Under the pieces are notes generated by a model, which did not search any database, was not told the DNA's origin, and worked only from the letters and a program-made list of their open reading frames with translations. Shown here one piece after another: positions 10,826-21,858 of a stretch of DNA of 31,902 bases. Position numbers and translations under genes: made by a program. The DNA lies in the NCBI RefSeq assembly GCF_006345805.1, contig NW_021832157.1, positions 1 to 31,902 on the forward strand. Reading direction: 5' to 3'. The stretch comes from Octopus sinensis (Eukaryota). Every line of letters starts with the position of its first letter. Within the stretch, counting starts at the first letter, position 1.

Positions 10826-11390
10826 GGAAGCGTAGTGATTTGGGGTTGCATGTTGTCTTCAGGCCTAGGAATGTTGATCACTTGTGAGAGCAGAATTAAT
10901 TCCAACACTTACATAAGCATGTTAGATCAAGTTTATCAACCTTCCTTAGCTAATATTTTCAATGATAACATTCCAGACAGCGTAATCTTTCAACAAGACA
11001 ATGCTCCATGTCACATATCCAGGGTCTCAATGGGTTGGTTTGAGGAGAAAGGGATGAGAATGATGAAATAGCCCCCTCGGTCCCACCTAACACTTGTATT
11101 CACATTAAAGGTACAAGAGTGAGGGCGCAAAAATGTTCTTCAAAAAGCGAACTAGGAAACAAATTTCACGAAGAGTGGCAGAAAATTGACCCAGCTACTT
11201 GTGCCAACTTAGTCCCAAGTATGCAAGAACGTATAAAAGCAGTTATAAAAGCAAAGGTGGGGACACATCAAATATCAATTATTGATGAGATCGACTCTAG
11301 AATGTTTATTAGACTGTTTTCAATTATTAAGTAATAAGATTCAATCCTATTCTATATTTTTTCATGCCTGTTACATAATTTGGGCTGTGG

Positions 11391-11395
<5 letters not shown>
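10826..11395 (+). mobile_element. Tc1-family DNA transposon, 3' half: DDE transposase pseudogene + right TIR + TA
   Basis: GSVVIWGC...FQQDNAPCH...WF...*PPRS (WPxxSPDL box degenerate), then HEEWQKIDPATCANLVPSMQERIKAVIKAKVG. Ends ...ATAATTTGGGCTGTGGGTG|TA, whose reverse complement TA|CACCCACAGCCCAAATTAT is TIR-like. Confidence 0.88.
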
Positions 11396-11439
<44 letters not shown>

Positions 11440-11443
<4 letters not shown>

Positions 11444-11610
11444 TAATCCAAACAAGAAAGCATAAAAAAACACAACAACGCGAAGACGTGGAACAAATAT
11501 AGTATTATTGGACGCTCAGGAAAGAAGAAAAGAAGGAGGGTTTAACGTTTCGAGCGGAGCTCTTCGTCGGAAAGATCCAGAGAAGGGAAGACAGAGGAGA
11601 AAAAATCGCC
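11440..11610 (-). mobile_element. Short hammerhead-bearing element, family H2
   Basis: Pyrimidine leader, hammerhead-like motif, T-rich tail ending GGATTAACTT|TATATA. A truncated tail copy is at 22726-22800. Confidence 0.65.
11541..11573 (-). ncRNA. Minimal type I hammerhead-like motif (U4C variant)
   Basis: Minus strand TTT-CCGACGA-A-GAGC-TCC-GCTC-GAAAC-GTT-AAA: stem II GAGC/GCTC, palindromic ACGT stem III, stem I TTT/AAA. Confidence 0.6.
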
Positions 11611-11618
11611 ATATATTA

Positions 11619-12017
11619 GGCGCAGGCGTGGCTGTGTTGTAAGAAGTTTGCTTTCCAACCACATGGTTTGGGATTTAGTCCCGCTGAGTGGCACCTTGGA
11701 CAAGTGTCGTGTACTATAGCCCCGGGCTGACCAAAGTCTTGTGAGTGGATTTGGTTGACAGAAACTGAAAGAAGCTCGTCGTATAAATGTATATATATGT
11801 ATGTGTGGGGGTATGTTTGTTCTTCCCCCCCCCCTCGCTTGATAACCGATGTTGGTGTGATTACGTTTCCGTAAATTAGCGGTTCGTCAGAAGAGACCGA
11901 TAGAATAAGCACCATGCTTACAAAGAATTAGTCTTGGAGTAAATTTCTTCGACAAAACGACGTGCTCCAGTATGGCTACAGGCAAATGACTGAAACAAGT
12001 AAAAGAATAAAAGAATG
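11619..12017 (+). mobile_element. SINE family A, full length
   Basis: GGCGCAGGCGTGGCTGTG head through TGACTGAAACAAGTAAAAGAATAAAAGAA. Confidence 0.93.
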
Positions 12018-12334
12018 TGTATGTGTGTGGTGGGGGTCGTATATGTACATGTTTGTGTGAGAAGACGTGTAATACACTGTATGGCCTGATTGTGATGTAG
12101 TTTGAGAGCGGTGCTCAAGCATGGCCGTAACCAGCTGGTTTAACCTTGTTGAAGAGCGACAACAACAACAACAACAACAGCTGGAACAGCATTTAAAAAA
12201 CAGCGAGTTTTTTCAAATTGCGTAAAAGACTAGTTCTACTTTTTTTAATTAAAGGAAAACAAACAACAACTATATGTAACAATAAAAACTGCAACAACAA
12301 CAACTACTACTACAGCAACAATGATAACGATAAT

Positions 12335-12345
<11 letters not shown>

Positions 12346-12412
<67 letters not shown>

Positions 12413-12423
12413 CATCATCATCA
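12346..12423. repeat. (AAT)n/(CAT)n array
   Basis: Direct reading. Confidence 0.95.
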
Positions 12424-12573
12424 TCCGTAAGAGAAACATGAATCATAATGGAACCATCCATCTAATCTGTAAGAAATATACATACATAATGTTTATCCTC
12501 ATCTCTGTTTATCTGTCTCTCTGTCTTTGTCTCTCTCTCTCTCCCCATCTCTCTCTATGTATGTGCGTGTATA

Positions 12574-12657
<84 letters not shown>

Positions 12658-12814
12658 GTGGATGGATGGGTGGGTGTTTACGCGTGTATTTGTAGTACAT
12701 CAGTGATACACTGTAGCGTGATAACAGTGAAGTTTCCCTTGTTTATCTCCTCTGTATATATGTGAGTATGAATATATATGCATATGTATGTATATGTGAG
12801 TAAATATGCAAATA

Positions 12815-12883
<69 letters not shown>

Positions 12884-13188
12884 ATATATATATATATACA
12901 CATACGTATATACGTAGATTACATAAGCTTATATTGAGATAAATAAGGAAACTTATACAACGGATCCATAATTTATACACTCACACAATACATACATATA
13001 TACATACATACGTACATATATACATAACTGGCTCTCCGTCGGTTAGGGTGATGAGTGTTACTGCTGATCAAGCAAGTGGCTGAGTACTCCACAGATAAGT
13101 GTTCTCTTAACGTAGTTCCCAGGGAGATTCAACGTGGCATGCAGAATATGACAAGACTGCCCTCTATGAATTACTGGTATGACACATT
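12658..13188 (+). repeat. Inverted duplication, arm 1
   Basis: Reverse complement of 16792-17386; roughly 93% identical outside microsatellites by hand count. Confidence 0.93.
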
Positions 13189-13418
13189 ACTATCAGCTGA
13201 GCGGACTGAAACATCGTGCAAAAAACGGTATCTGGTTCGTAGACAGAACACGCCTCCAGGAATCTAATTCATAACCTTACAATCGCTAGACGAATACCCT
13301 ACCCACAAAGCCACGCGCCTTCACATATAGATATATGCATGCATGCATACATACATACATACATATATACATACTTGTAGATAAAATTAGTAAATGAAAA
13401 CCATTGTTGTTTACATAC

Positions 13419-13513
13419 ATATTCCAGCTGCTTGATCAATTGAATTTCTGGCTTATTGAAATGTGGTGCCAAAATGGTTGAATATTCCATAGTTATTTCA
13501 AAGAGCGCTGAGT
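13419..13513 (-). CDS. Candidate 95-nt exon: (D)SALFEITMEYSTILAPHFNKPEIQLIKQLEY
   Basis: Acceptor ttccgttacatttcag| and donor |gtatgt; only one frame is open; internal ATG at 13490 in ACTATGG (strong Kozak context). Confidence 0.65.
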
Positions 13514-13951
13514 CTGAAATGTAACGGAAAATAGGTCAGTTTCCCAACATTGGTATCCAAATCACAAAAGACAAGTTTGAAGGGAATAGTAGTCACTTCC
13601 TTTGATTCCTAGATGGAAACAAATAAGAAATAACACTTGCTATCCACAGACAAAAATAAATAAATAAATAAAAACTTTGTTACACAGTGTTATTTGTTGT
13701 TTATTTTAATTTGTAGAATTCAATTTCTGTTGTGGTCAACTTCGATTTTTGTCCTTCCAGGGCCGATGAAGAAGGTACTGCTCAAATACTTCAGAGTTAG
13801 AAGGGAGACTCAAATTGTCGATGAATTCATAGGGTCTTAGAGAAAATCAATGCTTGCTAGAATGTATGCTCTGTTTCAGCTACAAAAACCTTTCAATTGT
13901 CTACTAGAATTCATATGAATTAATAAACAAAAAAAAGTACCTGCTTCTTAC

Positions 13952-14041
13952 CGTTTGGCACGGCGTGTATAGACAAAGTGAAGGGGAAATAGGTAACAAC
14001 TTTTTCAATTTTTCACTGGTTGTGATAACGAAAAGATTTCC
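13952..14041 (-). other. Candidate 90-nt exon (5' UTR or coding; frame unresolved)
   Basis: Acceptor cagttcaccttag| and donor ACG|gtaagaag. The frame compatible with the next exon contains one TGA (14015-14013). Confidence 0.45.
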
Positions 14042-15309
14042 CTAAGGTGAACTGATTTGATTAATCTGAACCGAGATTTACCATGATTCTAGTCAGCCTC
14101 TGGCACTGAACGTATGCTATATTCACAGACATCTCCAAAGTAAGTAGACATTATCATTTTTTTTTCTTAAAAAAACAAAAAGGTTTATTTCTAGAAACAA
14201 AATAATACCATTTGATGTATTTTAATACATGATCGAGTATTTAGTAGACATGCCTTGTGCAATGTTTAGTGTCTTAAATAATTTAGGTATTGTACTATTG
14301 AGTTGTATCGACATAGATAAAACAGTAGAATGAAGAGGTGTCTATTTATTTTTGAGCTATACCTGTGAGTGATTTACAGAATATTTTAAAAAGGAAATTT
14401 GTATCAAGAAATTGAGCTAGGGATAGGTCTAAACAGCTGCGGGATGTATGTCCAACACACCTGGATTAGTCGAAGACTGGTACATTATTTTATCGACTTT
14501 GGTGGGATAACGAAATAAATTTGTTGATTTCAATGAAATCCGAACTCAAAACGTAAAGAGCCGGAGCTAATACCGCAAACAATTTTGCCCAACGCTCCAA
14601 CGCTTCTAACGACGCCATTTTACTATCTTACAAAAGAGATGTTACGTCATTTGTCAGGGGATTTATTTTTGACTAATAGCCGTGTCAATTCTACGTTTAA
14701 CACACAAATTATATATAAATATTATATTCATGTTTGTACTACGTGTGTGTGTATGTGCGTGTCGGTATGTCAGCTTTCGTGTGTACGGGTATCTGCACAC
14801 GATTGTGGACGTCTTAGGAAGAGGAGAGGGGAGACAACTGATGTTTAGTTTTCTGATTTCCTTTTGCGCTTTGTTTGGGCCTTGTTATTGTTTTTGATGT
14901 AATAATGCCTTTGCTCTATTTCTTATTTTTTATTAATATTCTTGTTCATAATTGTTTTTTTTTCTTTCTGCTTGTAAACTCTAAGGCTGTATGCATGCAT
15001 ACGTGTGTGTGTTTGTGTGTTATATGCGCGCGTTTCTGTTTTTTTCTCTCTATTTCGTCATTTGTTTAACAAATCAAGCAAATTTGTATAAAGTTTGAGG
15101 CGAAGAAAAGGCGAAGTTAGTCTAAAGAGATTAAAGAAGAGACAACTGAAGCGAACTGAAGCGACGGTCTTACGTAAACAAACAACAATTGTTGAAGCCA
15201 TGAAGATGATAAAACATGAAAGAGGGAGCGAAAAAGGGAGGAGGGAAGGTTTATACGCACGCATACGCACGCATACACACAAACACACACACACATACAG
15301 AAAGAAGGA

Positions 15310-15390
15310 TAGACAGATAGACAGACGGATAGATAGATAGATGGATGCATGGAGGGATAGATAGAGACAGAGAGACAGTCAGACAGACAG

Positions 15391-15457
<67 letters not shown>

Positions 15458-15470
15458 GATAGATAGAGAG
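15310..15470. repeat. (GATA)n/(GACA)n array
   Basis: Direct reading. Confidence 0.95.
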
Positions 15471-15545
15471 ACAGACAAAGAGAAGATGGATGTACAGAAA
15501 AGCAGACAGACAAGCAGATATATAGGCAGATAGTTAGATAGATAT

Positions 15546-15579
<34 letters not shown>

Positions 15580-15937
15580 GGGGGAGAGGGAGAGAGAAAG
15601 AGATGAACGACGGGGAGGGTACGGAGACATGAGGGAATGCAGATCAAAGCAAAAAAAGATGTTTGAAAAGATCAAAAGATCTGTAGAAATAAGCAACTAC
15701 AATTTGACACGATGTCGCCAACGAAACGACTGCAGAATATGACGACAAACAGATAGGATAGTATGAGGGGGAGGAGAAAGAGAAAGAGAGAGTGAGTGAG
15801 TGAGTAAAAGAGAGAGAGAATGGTACAAAAGAGAAAATAAGACATCAGTGACAAATAGAAGAAACAGAACAGAACGAAGTGAAAACAAGACATTAGTGTT
15901 CAAATAAGGTTATGGAAAATTGTGGACAAGACACATT

Positions 15938-15938
15938 G

Positions 15939-15989
<51 letters not shown>

Positions 15990-16006
15990 TAATAATAATA
16001 ATAATA

Positions 16007-16047
<41 letters not shown>

Positions 16048-16061
16048 TAATAATAATAATA

Positions 16062-16092
<31 letters not shown>

Positions 16093-16098
16093 ATAATG

Positions 16099-16143
<45 letters not shown>

Positions 16144-16340
16144 TAATAATAATAATAATAATAATAATCCTTTCTACTAAAGGCACAAGGCCTGAAATTT
16201 TGGAGAAGAAAACGAATCGACTACATCGATCGCAGTGTTTCACTGGTACTTAATTTATCGACCCCGGAAGGATAAAAGGAAAAGTCGACCTGGCAGAATC
16301 TGAACTCAGAACGTGAAGACGAACGAAATACCGCTAAGCA
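15938..16340 (-). mobile_element. SINE family B with long (ATT)n tail
   Basis: (AAT)n 15938-16168 runs directly into TCCTTTCTACTAAAGGCACAAGGCCTGAAATT...GAACTCAGAACGT..GAAATACCGCTAAGCATT. Confidence 0.88.
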
Positions 16341-16390
16341 TTCTGCCAGTTCGCCACCTTATAAAAACAACAACAACAACGACGACGACG

Positions 16391-16424
<34 letters not shown>

Positions 16425-16484
16425 CGACGACAACAACAACGACAACAACAACAACAACAACAACAACAATAATGTGGCTCTGAT

Positions 16485-16762
16485 GACTTTTGATCTTAAC
16501 TGATTGGAAGTATTTTCATGTACATTGTTTTGTCTTGGTATAAAAGATGGACTACAGCAAATATTCTGCTCAACACCACAGATTTGCTTGTCAGTTGTTT
16601 GACCTTAACCAGTTGAGCATGTCCCTTAATGGCTGACGATATGTGCATCTCTGATCACGAGCAGAAGTAGTGGGGGAGCATCATAACCATCTGTTGAGAG
16701 GAATTCTATGGAGTTTGAATAATTCATCTCTGGAAACATGGTGTTTTGTTCATCATCCTTAA
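16485..16762. repeat. Probable interspersed-repeat fragment (unclassified)
   Basis: Recognised as a common octopus-type repeat (CTGATCACGAGCAGAAGTAGTGGGGGAGCATCATA); single copy in this window. Confidence 0.45.
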
Positions 16763-16791
16763 ATAGGATGTGTCATACCAGTAATACCAAC

Positions 16792-16957
16792 AATGTGTCA
16801 TACCAGTAATTCATAGGGGCCAGCCTTGTCACATTCTGTATGCCACGTTGAATCTCCCTGGGAACTACTTAAAGAGAACACTTATCTGTGGAGTACTCAG
16901 CCACTTGCTTGACCAACAGTAACATTCATCGTCCTAACCGACGGAGAGCCAGTTATG

Positions 16958-16991
<34 letters not shown>

Positions 16992-17147
16992 TGTATGTAT
17001 GTATGTATGTATGTATGTATGTATGTATGTATGTATGTATGTATGTATGTATATGCGTGAATGTATAAATTATGGATCCGTTGCATAAGTTGTTTCCTTA
17101 TTTATCTCAATATAAGCTTATGTAATCTACGTATATACGTATGTGTG

Positions 17148-17202
<55 letters not shown>

Positions 17203-17386
17203 GTGTGTGTGTGTGTGTGTGTGTGTGTGCATATTTGCATATTTACTCACACATACATACATATGCATATATACTCATACTCATATACACAGAGGAGATA
17301 AACAAGTGAAACTTCACCGTTATCACGCTACAGTGTATCACTGATGCACTACAAATACATACGTAAACACCCACCCATCTATCCAC
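16792..17386 (-). repeat. Inverted duplication, arm 2
   Basis: Reverse complement of 12658-13188, with a longer (TATG)n. Confidence 0.93.
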
Positions 17387-17394
17387 TATTCAGG

Positions 17395-17800
17395 GACCGT
17401 TTGAGCAGGATTCTAAACTGAAAATTCTAACTGGGCCCCACCTGCAAGGTCATGCACTGTTTATCTTGATATGAGACCATCATGTCGCCCACATATGGTT
17501 GCGATGCATGTACTTGGTGTACGCTTATCAGACGGGTAGTCATGATGGGTATACTGGGCTTCGTATATTTTACTCCAGTGTCACTTTGATGGCATGCACT
17601 GCTCTCTCACTCAATAATAATAATTAAAAAAAGTAATAATAATCCTTTCTCCTATAGGCACAAGGCCTGGAATTTGTGGGGGGGGGGAATAGTCGATTAC
17701 ATGGACCCCTGTGTTTCACTAGTACTTCCAAAAGGATGAAAGCCAAAGTCAACCTCGGCGGAATTTGAACTCAGAACGTAGTGACGAGTGAAATACCGCA
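17395..17800. mobile_element. LINE/SINE 3'-tail fragment (17395-17620) followed by SINE family B on the minus strand (17640-17800)
   Basis: ...CACTTTGATGGCATGCACTGCTCTCTCACTCAATAATAAT tail, then TCCTTTCTCCTATAGGCACAAGGCCTGG...GAACTCAGAACGTAG. Confidence 0.7.
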
Positions 17801-18184
17801 AACTTCTTACCACAGCCACGTCTGCGAATAATAAAACATTGTGTACAACTAGCTTCTGTTGGGTTAAATTAATGTCTGTTTTGCAAAATATACGAAATTG
17901 TCATCAGTAAGACATCTTTCGTTGTAAAGGGGATTGGATGAGCTCAAAAAACAAAGTTGAGCACCATTGATTTAAGATATTAGTGATGAAATAGAACATA
18001 AAGAGCTGGCATAAATAGCGCATGACAGTTTGTCCTAAGCGCCAAAGATTTGCTATAGATTTAGTCACCAGGACAACAATTGTCAAGGCTGAGGTATCAT
18101 CGGCCTCCGTGCTAAACGACTATGGAGGATATGAAGTTAAAAGCTGACTTTGACGGAAATGGACAACAATAATGGTTTCTGGTT

Positions 18185-18375
18185 GAAGCACAAGACCAGT
18201 AACTTTGAGGAGAAAAAGTGAGTCAATGCTATCGACCACGGTACTGGACAGGGATTTTATTTTATTGACATCCGGAAGAATAAAAGCCAAAGATAACCTC
18301 AGCGGGATTTGGACTGAGAACGTAAAGCCACGGACGAAATACCGTACGTCATTTTCTTCGACGGCTAGTGATTCT
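18185..18375 (-). mobile_element. Degenerate SINE family B
   Basis: GCACAAGACCAG...TTGACATCCGGAAGAATAAAAGCCAAAG..ACCTCAGCGGGATTTGGACTGAGAACGTAAAG..GACGAAATACCG. Confidence 0.75.
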
Positions 18376-18419
18376 GCAGATCTATCAAATTAGAAATAAT
18401 TCTTTTTTTTTTTTTCGTT

Positions 18420-18548
18420 TTGTATTTGGTTTGTACGATTCTTTATGTGAATTCGTGTGTTGAAGCATATTTTATTGTCTGGGGAGGGTCATTCTCTTTT
18501 AGTGCCTTATTACTTAACACACTCACCGGTTCGATTTCCACTCATTTA
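18420..18548 (+). repeat. Dispersed repeat; further pieces at 23280-23330 (+) and 23765-23850 (-)
   Basis: GATTCTTTATGTGAATTCGTG.GTTGAAGCATAT is shared with 23293; CACCGGTTCGATTTCCACTCATTTA is the reverse complement of 23769-23793. Confidence 0.8.
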
Positions 18549-18549
18549 C

Positions 18550-18766
18550 TTACTCTTTTACTCACTTCAGTCATTTGACTGTGTCCATGCTGGAGCACCG
18601 CCTTCAATAAAACAAATTGACCCCAGAACTTATTCTTTGCAACCCTAGTACTTATTCTGTCAGTCTCTTTGCCGAACCGCTAAGTTAAGGGAACGTAAAT
18701 ACACCAACATCGATGGTCAAGCGATGGTGGGGGAACAAACACAGACACGCAAACACACACACACAC

Positions 18767-18860
<94 letters not shown>

Positions 18861-18994
18861 GATGGGATTCTATCAGTTTCTGTCTACCAAATCCACTCAC
18901 AAAGCTTTGGTCGACCCGAAATACCACACTGTGGGACTGAACTCGGAACCATGTGGTTGGGAAGTAAGCTTCTTACCACACAGCCACTCCTGCG
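18550..18994 (-). mobile_element. SINE family A with expanded internal (AC)n(AT)n
   Basis: Reverse complement of the family A tail (18550-18735) and head (18860-18994). Confidence 0.9.
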
Positions 18995-20484
18995 TCACTT
19001 ACTTTTTTTTGGTACAAGGCCAGCAATTTCGAGAGAAGAGGTAAACTGATTACACCAACCCCACCCCTTGGCTGGTGTTTATTTTGTCGACCTCAGGGGA
19101 ATTTGAACTCGGGACGTAATCCGTCAGACGAAATACCGCAGAGCATTTATTCCGACACTTTAATGAGTCTGCTTAGCTATAACTCCAGAACAATTATTAT
19201 TATAAAGTAGCTTCAGTAATATATTCAGAACGTTTTAAAGATAAAACTATGCACTGCGTCACAGGAAGGGGCTGCATGATATTTGGGGGACACGAGATAC
19301 GATATATGGGGATATAAACAAACTCACTCGAAAGTACTCATTAAAATAATTTATGAGAAAAATTATCTTAGGCGAATCCTTTCTAATTAGCACAAAGTTT
19401 TATACCAATTAAGAAATAATTAGCGCAGATAAGAATATGTTTTAGATAAGTACGTTTTGACTAAACAAACATCAAAAGTCAAAAGAATTTCGGCAACTTA
19501 TCAGTAAATAAATTTGAAATTATTATAGGACAACTACAGTAATATAAAGATTTTCTAAAGCACCAGAGAAGTCGTTGAAAATAGATTAAATGCTGTGACA
19601 TTAAGCCACATACTCCACTGTTAACAACATAATTGATCTAAAACATGGCTAACAAACATTTTTAGTCCGATGTGACAAGATTTTAATTTCTTTAACAGTT
19701 TGTTACTGGAGTGTCACTTGCATGTATATATTTAGTTTTAGGCAAATACTTATAGGTGATATGATATTGCAGGGAAATATATTTTTAAAGTCACCTGAAT
19801 ACCCGAGACGTATCTTTGCTCGTATACATGTAATAAGCTTTAAACGCACCGAAACTATGATGGTTCTGGTTCTTACGGCTGACTAAGGGCATTCTATGTT
19901 TAATTGCCCTCTTCTGTTAATCGTTTCTTTGTTTCATTTTGATTTTCAATATATGCGTATGTGTGTGTGTGTGAGCATATGTGCATGTGTGCGTTCACGT
20001 GTATGTGTGTGTGTGTGTATGTGCGTGTATGTGTGTGGGTGCGTGTGATTGTGCGTATAAGTGCGTGTGCGTGTGTATGTATGTGTGCCTGCATGAGTTT
20101 GTGTTTGTCTGTGTGTATGTGTATGTTTGTGTATGAGTGAGTGTGTGTGGATGTATGTGTGTGTCCGTGTGTGTGTGTGCGTGTGGACGTGTGTGTGTTT
20201 TCTACATATACATAAATGCATATCAACGACAACAGCAGCAGCAACAACAACAACAACATCAACTGATGTATCACGGCTGCGTTTAGCTAATCACTCAACT
20301 TCCTAGAAATAACAGCCAGACACTCCCTGAAATCACATTCAACTACGTGTAAAAATAACACAGGAAGAACAGATTATATATCTGGATAAAAACAGGAAGG
20401 CAGCATTGGAGAGTTCACGAACTGAGTGCTTATGATTTATTTTGATCCATAGCTGCAGTGGACGAGAACCTGGATTTATAGTCA

Positions 20485-20865
20485 ACTAGCAGTATCGCCC
20501 GGCGTTGCTCGGGTTTGTAAGGGAAATAACTATAAAGCATTTTTAGAGAGTTATAGACAAAAAATGCATTAAAAATGGAAAAAAAATTATGGTAATTTTT
20601 TTTAAATCGTTGACTCATCGTAGACATTTTTAGAGAGTTACTTCCCTTTATTAAAAAAATATGCATTAAAATGGAAAAAAATGATGGTAAATTATTTTAA
20701 AATCGTAGACTCATCGTAGACGCGCGCTAATACCCTGAAGGGCTCGATATGAATCACGACTATAAGATACCCGGTTTTGGTTAAACTGCATCGCAAAATG
20801 TGGGAGTAGTTAGGAATCTAAATCGGAGTAGACAGACACACAACCTTTCTTTTATATATAAAGAT
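20485..20865 (+). mobile_element. Non-autonomous Helentron-type element (HINE/DINE-1-like) with internal ~90-bp tandem duplication
   Basis: Starts ACTAGC...CCCGGCGTTGCTCGGG (short hairpin) and ends ACAGACACACAACCTTTCTTTTATATATAAAGAT; the unit CATTTTTAGAGAGTTA...GACTCATCGTAGAC occurs twice. Confidence 0.7.
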
Positions 20866-20917
20866 AACAGCAACAAACAAAATACCCCAAATTTAGTTTC
20901 ATCTGCTTCTTGTAGAG

Positions 20918-21240
20918 CATAGGTTCTCAAAGTGGGCGCTAGCACCCTCCGGTGGGCGTCGCGATGGTCCAGGTGGGCGCTGGTGTCTAAGGGGACGGTA
21001 AAGAAAAAGGAGCCGTTGGGAGGATGGCAGTGAATTGAAGGACGCTATGAATTTATTATAATATTATAATAGTATTGTATACAAATTATATAATATTATA
21101 TTAAATATCAAATGATTCATAGTATATATAAATTAGTAAAATATAAAATATTTATTTATACATAAATATAGGTGTGGGGGCGTTGAGGGTATTATGTGTT
21201 CATGACGAGGGTGGTGGCCCAAAAAGTTTGAGAACCTCTG
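20918..21240. mobile_element. hAT (Charlie-like) MITE, 323 bp
   Basis: 16-bp TIRs CATAGGTTCTCAAAGT / rc CAGAGGTTCTCAAACT (2 mismatches); perfect 8-bp TSD TTGTAGAG at 20910-20917 and 21241-21248, fitting the nTnTAnAn pattern. Confidence 0.93.
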
Positions 21241-21595
21241 TTGTAGAGCCTATAAGGGTTAAAAAGTATTATACAGCTATCAAGCTTTATCGCGGGTGTT
21301 TGGTTCCAAAAAAAAAAGAAGAAAAAAGAAAACGATTTGCTAAATGAATCAGTGATAAGTGAAGACAAGAACAAACAGGGAAAATAAGTTTCGTTCTGAA
21401 GACCCGAGGTGTCCTGTGCACCGTGAGATGGTCACTGGGACGCGCTTTTGCGATTCAAGTAGAATTTTTGACTGATCGCTGATCCGTGTTATCACAGATC
21501 AATCCGTGATAAGCGTAACATGGCTTATAATTGGGCGTACAGTGTTATCCCGAATCCAGTGATGATACGATGTCTGATGAATAAGCATTCGGACT

Positions 21596-21706
21596 GTTGC
21601 CATAGTAACGAAGCTGAAGCACGCAGAGTGAAGCCACTTGGCAAAGACTGACCTTGAACTCTGTTGTGCATGCGCATAAAGTTTTAACGTTCTAGCTCAC
21701 TTCCGC
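21596..21706. promoter_or_regulatory. Putative promoter: RFX X-box, NRF1 and ETS/GABP motifs
   Basis: GTTGCCATAGTAAC (21596-21609) fits GTNRCC-N2-RGYAAC exactly; GTGCATGCGCA (21666-21676); CACTTCCGC (21698-21706); CpG-richer unique DNA. Confidence 0.65.
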
Positions 21707-21711
21707 TGTCA

Positions 21712-21858
21712 GCTTTCTTCTCCTCCTCCTTCAACTCCTCCATCTACTTCTCCTCCTCTTCTTCTTCTTTTTTCTTCTTCTTCTCTTCTCTTCTTCTTCT
21801 TCTTCTTCTTCTTCTTCTTCTTCTTCTTCTTCTTCTTCTTCGTTTCCTTCTTCTTCAC
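21712..21858. repeat. (CTT)n/(CCT)n polypyrimidine tract
   Basis: Direct reading. Confidence 0.95.

Noticed and set aside
12691-13188. Apparent A-versus-G substitution bias between the inverted-repeat arms
   Set aside because: Strong in two segments but balanced in the third; the sample is too small.
13735-13790. Plus-strand acceptor plus CCGATGA motif
   Set aside because: Better explained as a decayed SINE B segment (GTCAACTT..TCCTT..GGG.CGAT.AA).
17904-18086. 60-aa minus-strand ORF
   Set aside because: No convincing donor site and no recognisable motif.
3571-19160. tRNA-like heads as real tRNA genes; repeated units as a CRISPR array
   Set aside because: The heads run into SINE bodies and lack a full cloverleaf; there is no regular repeat-spacer array, and the DNA is eukaryotic.
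19614-19915. Several short AG...GT candidate exons on the minus strand
   Set aside because: Multiple incompatible options in AT-rich DNA; none distinguishable from chance without RNA data.
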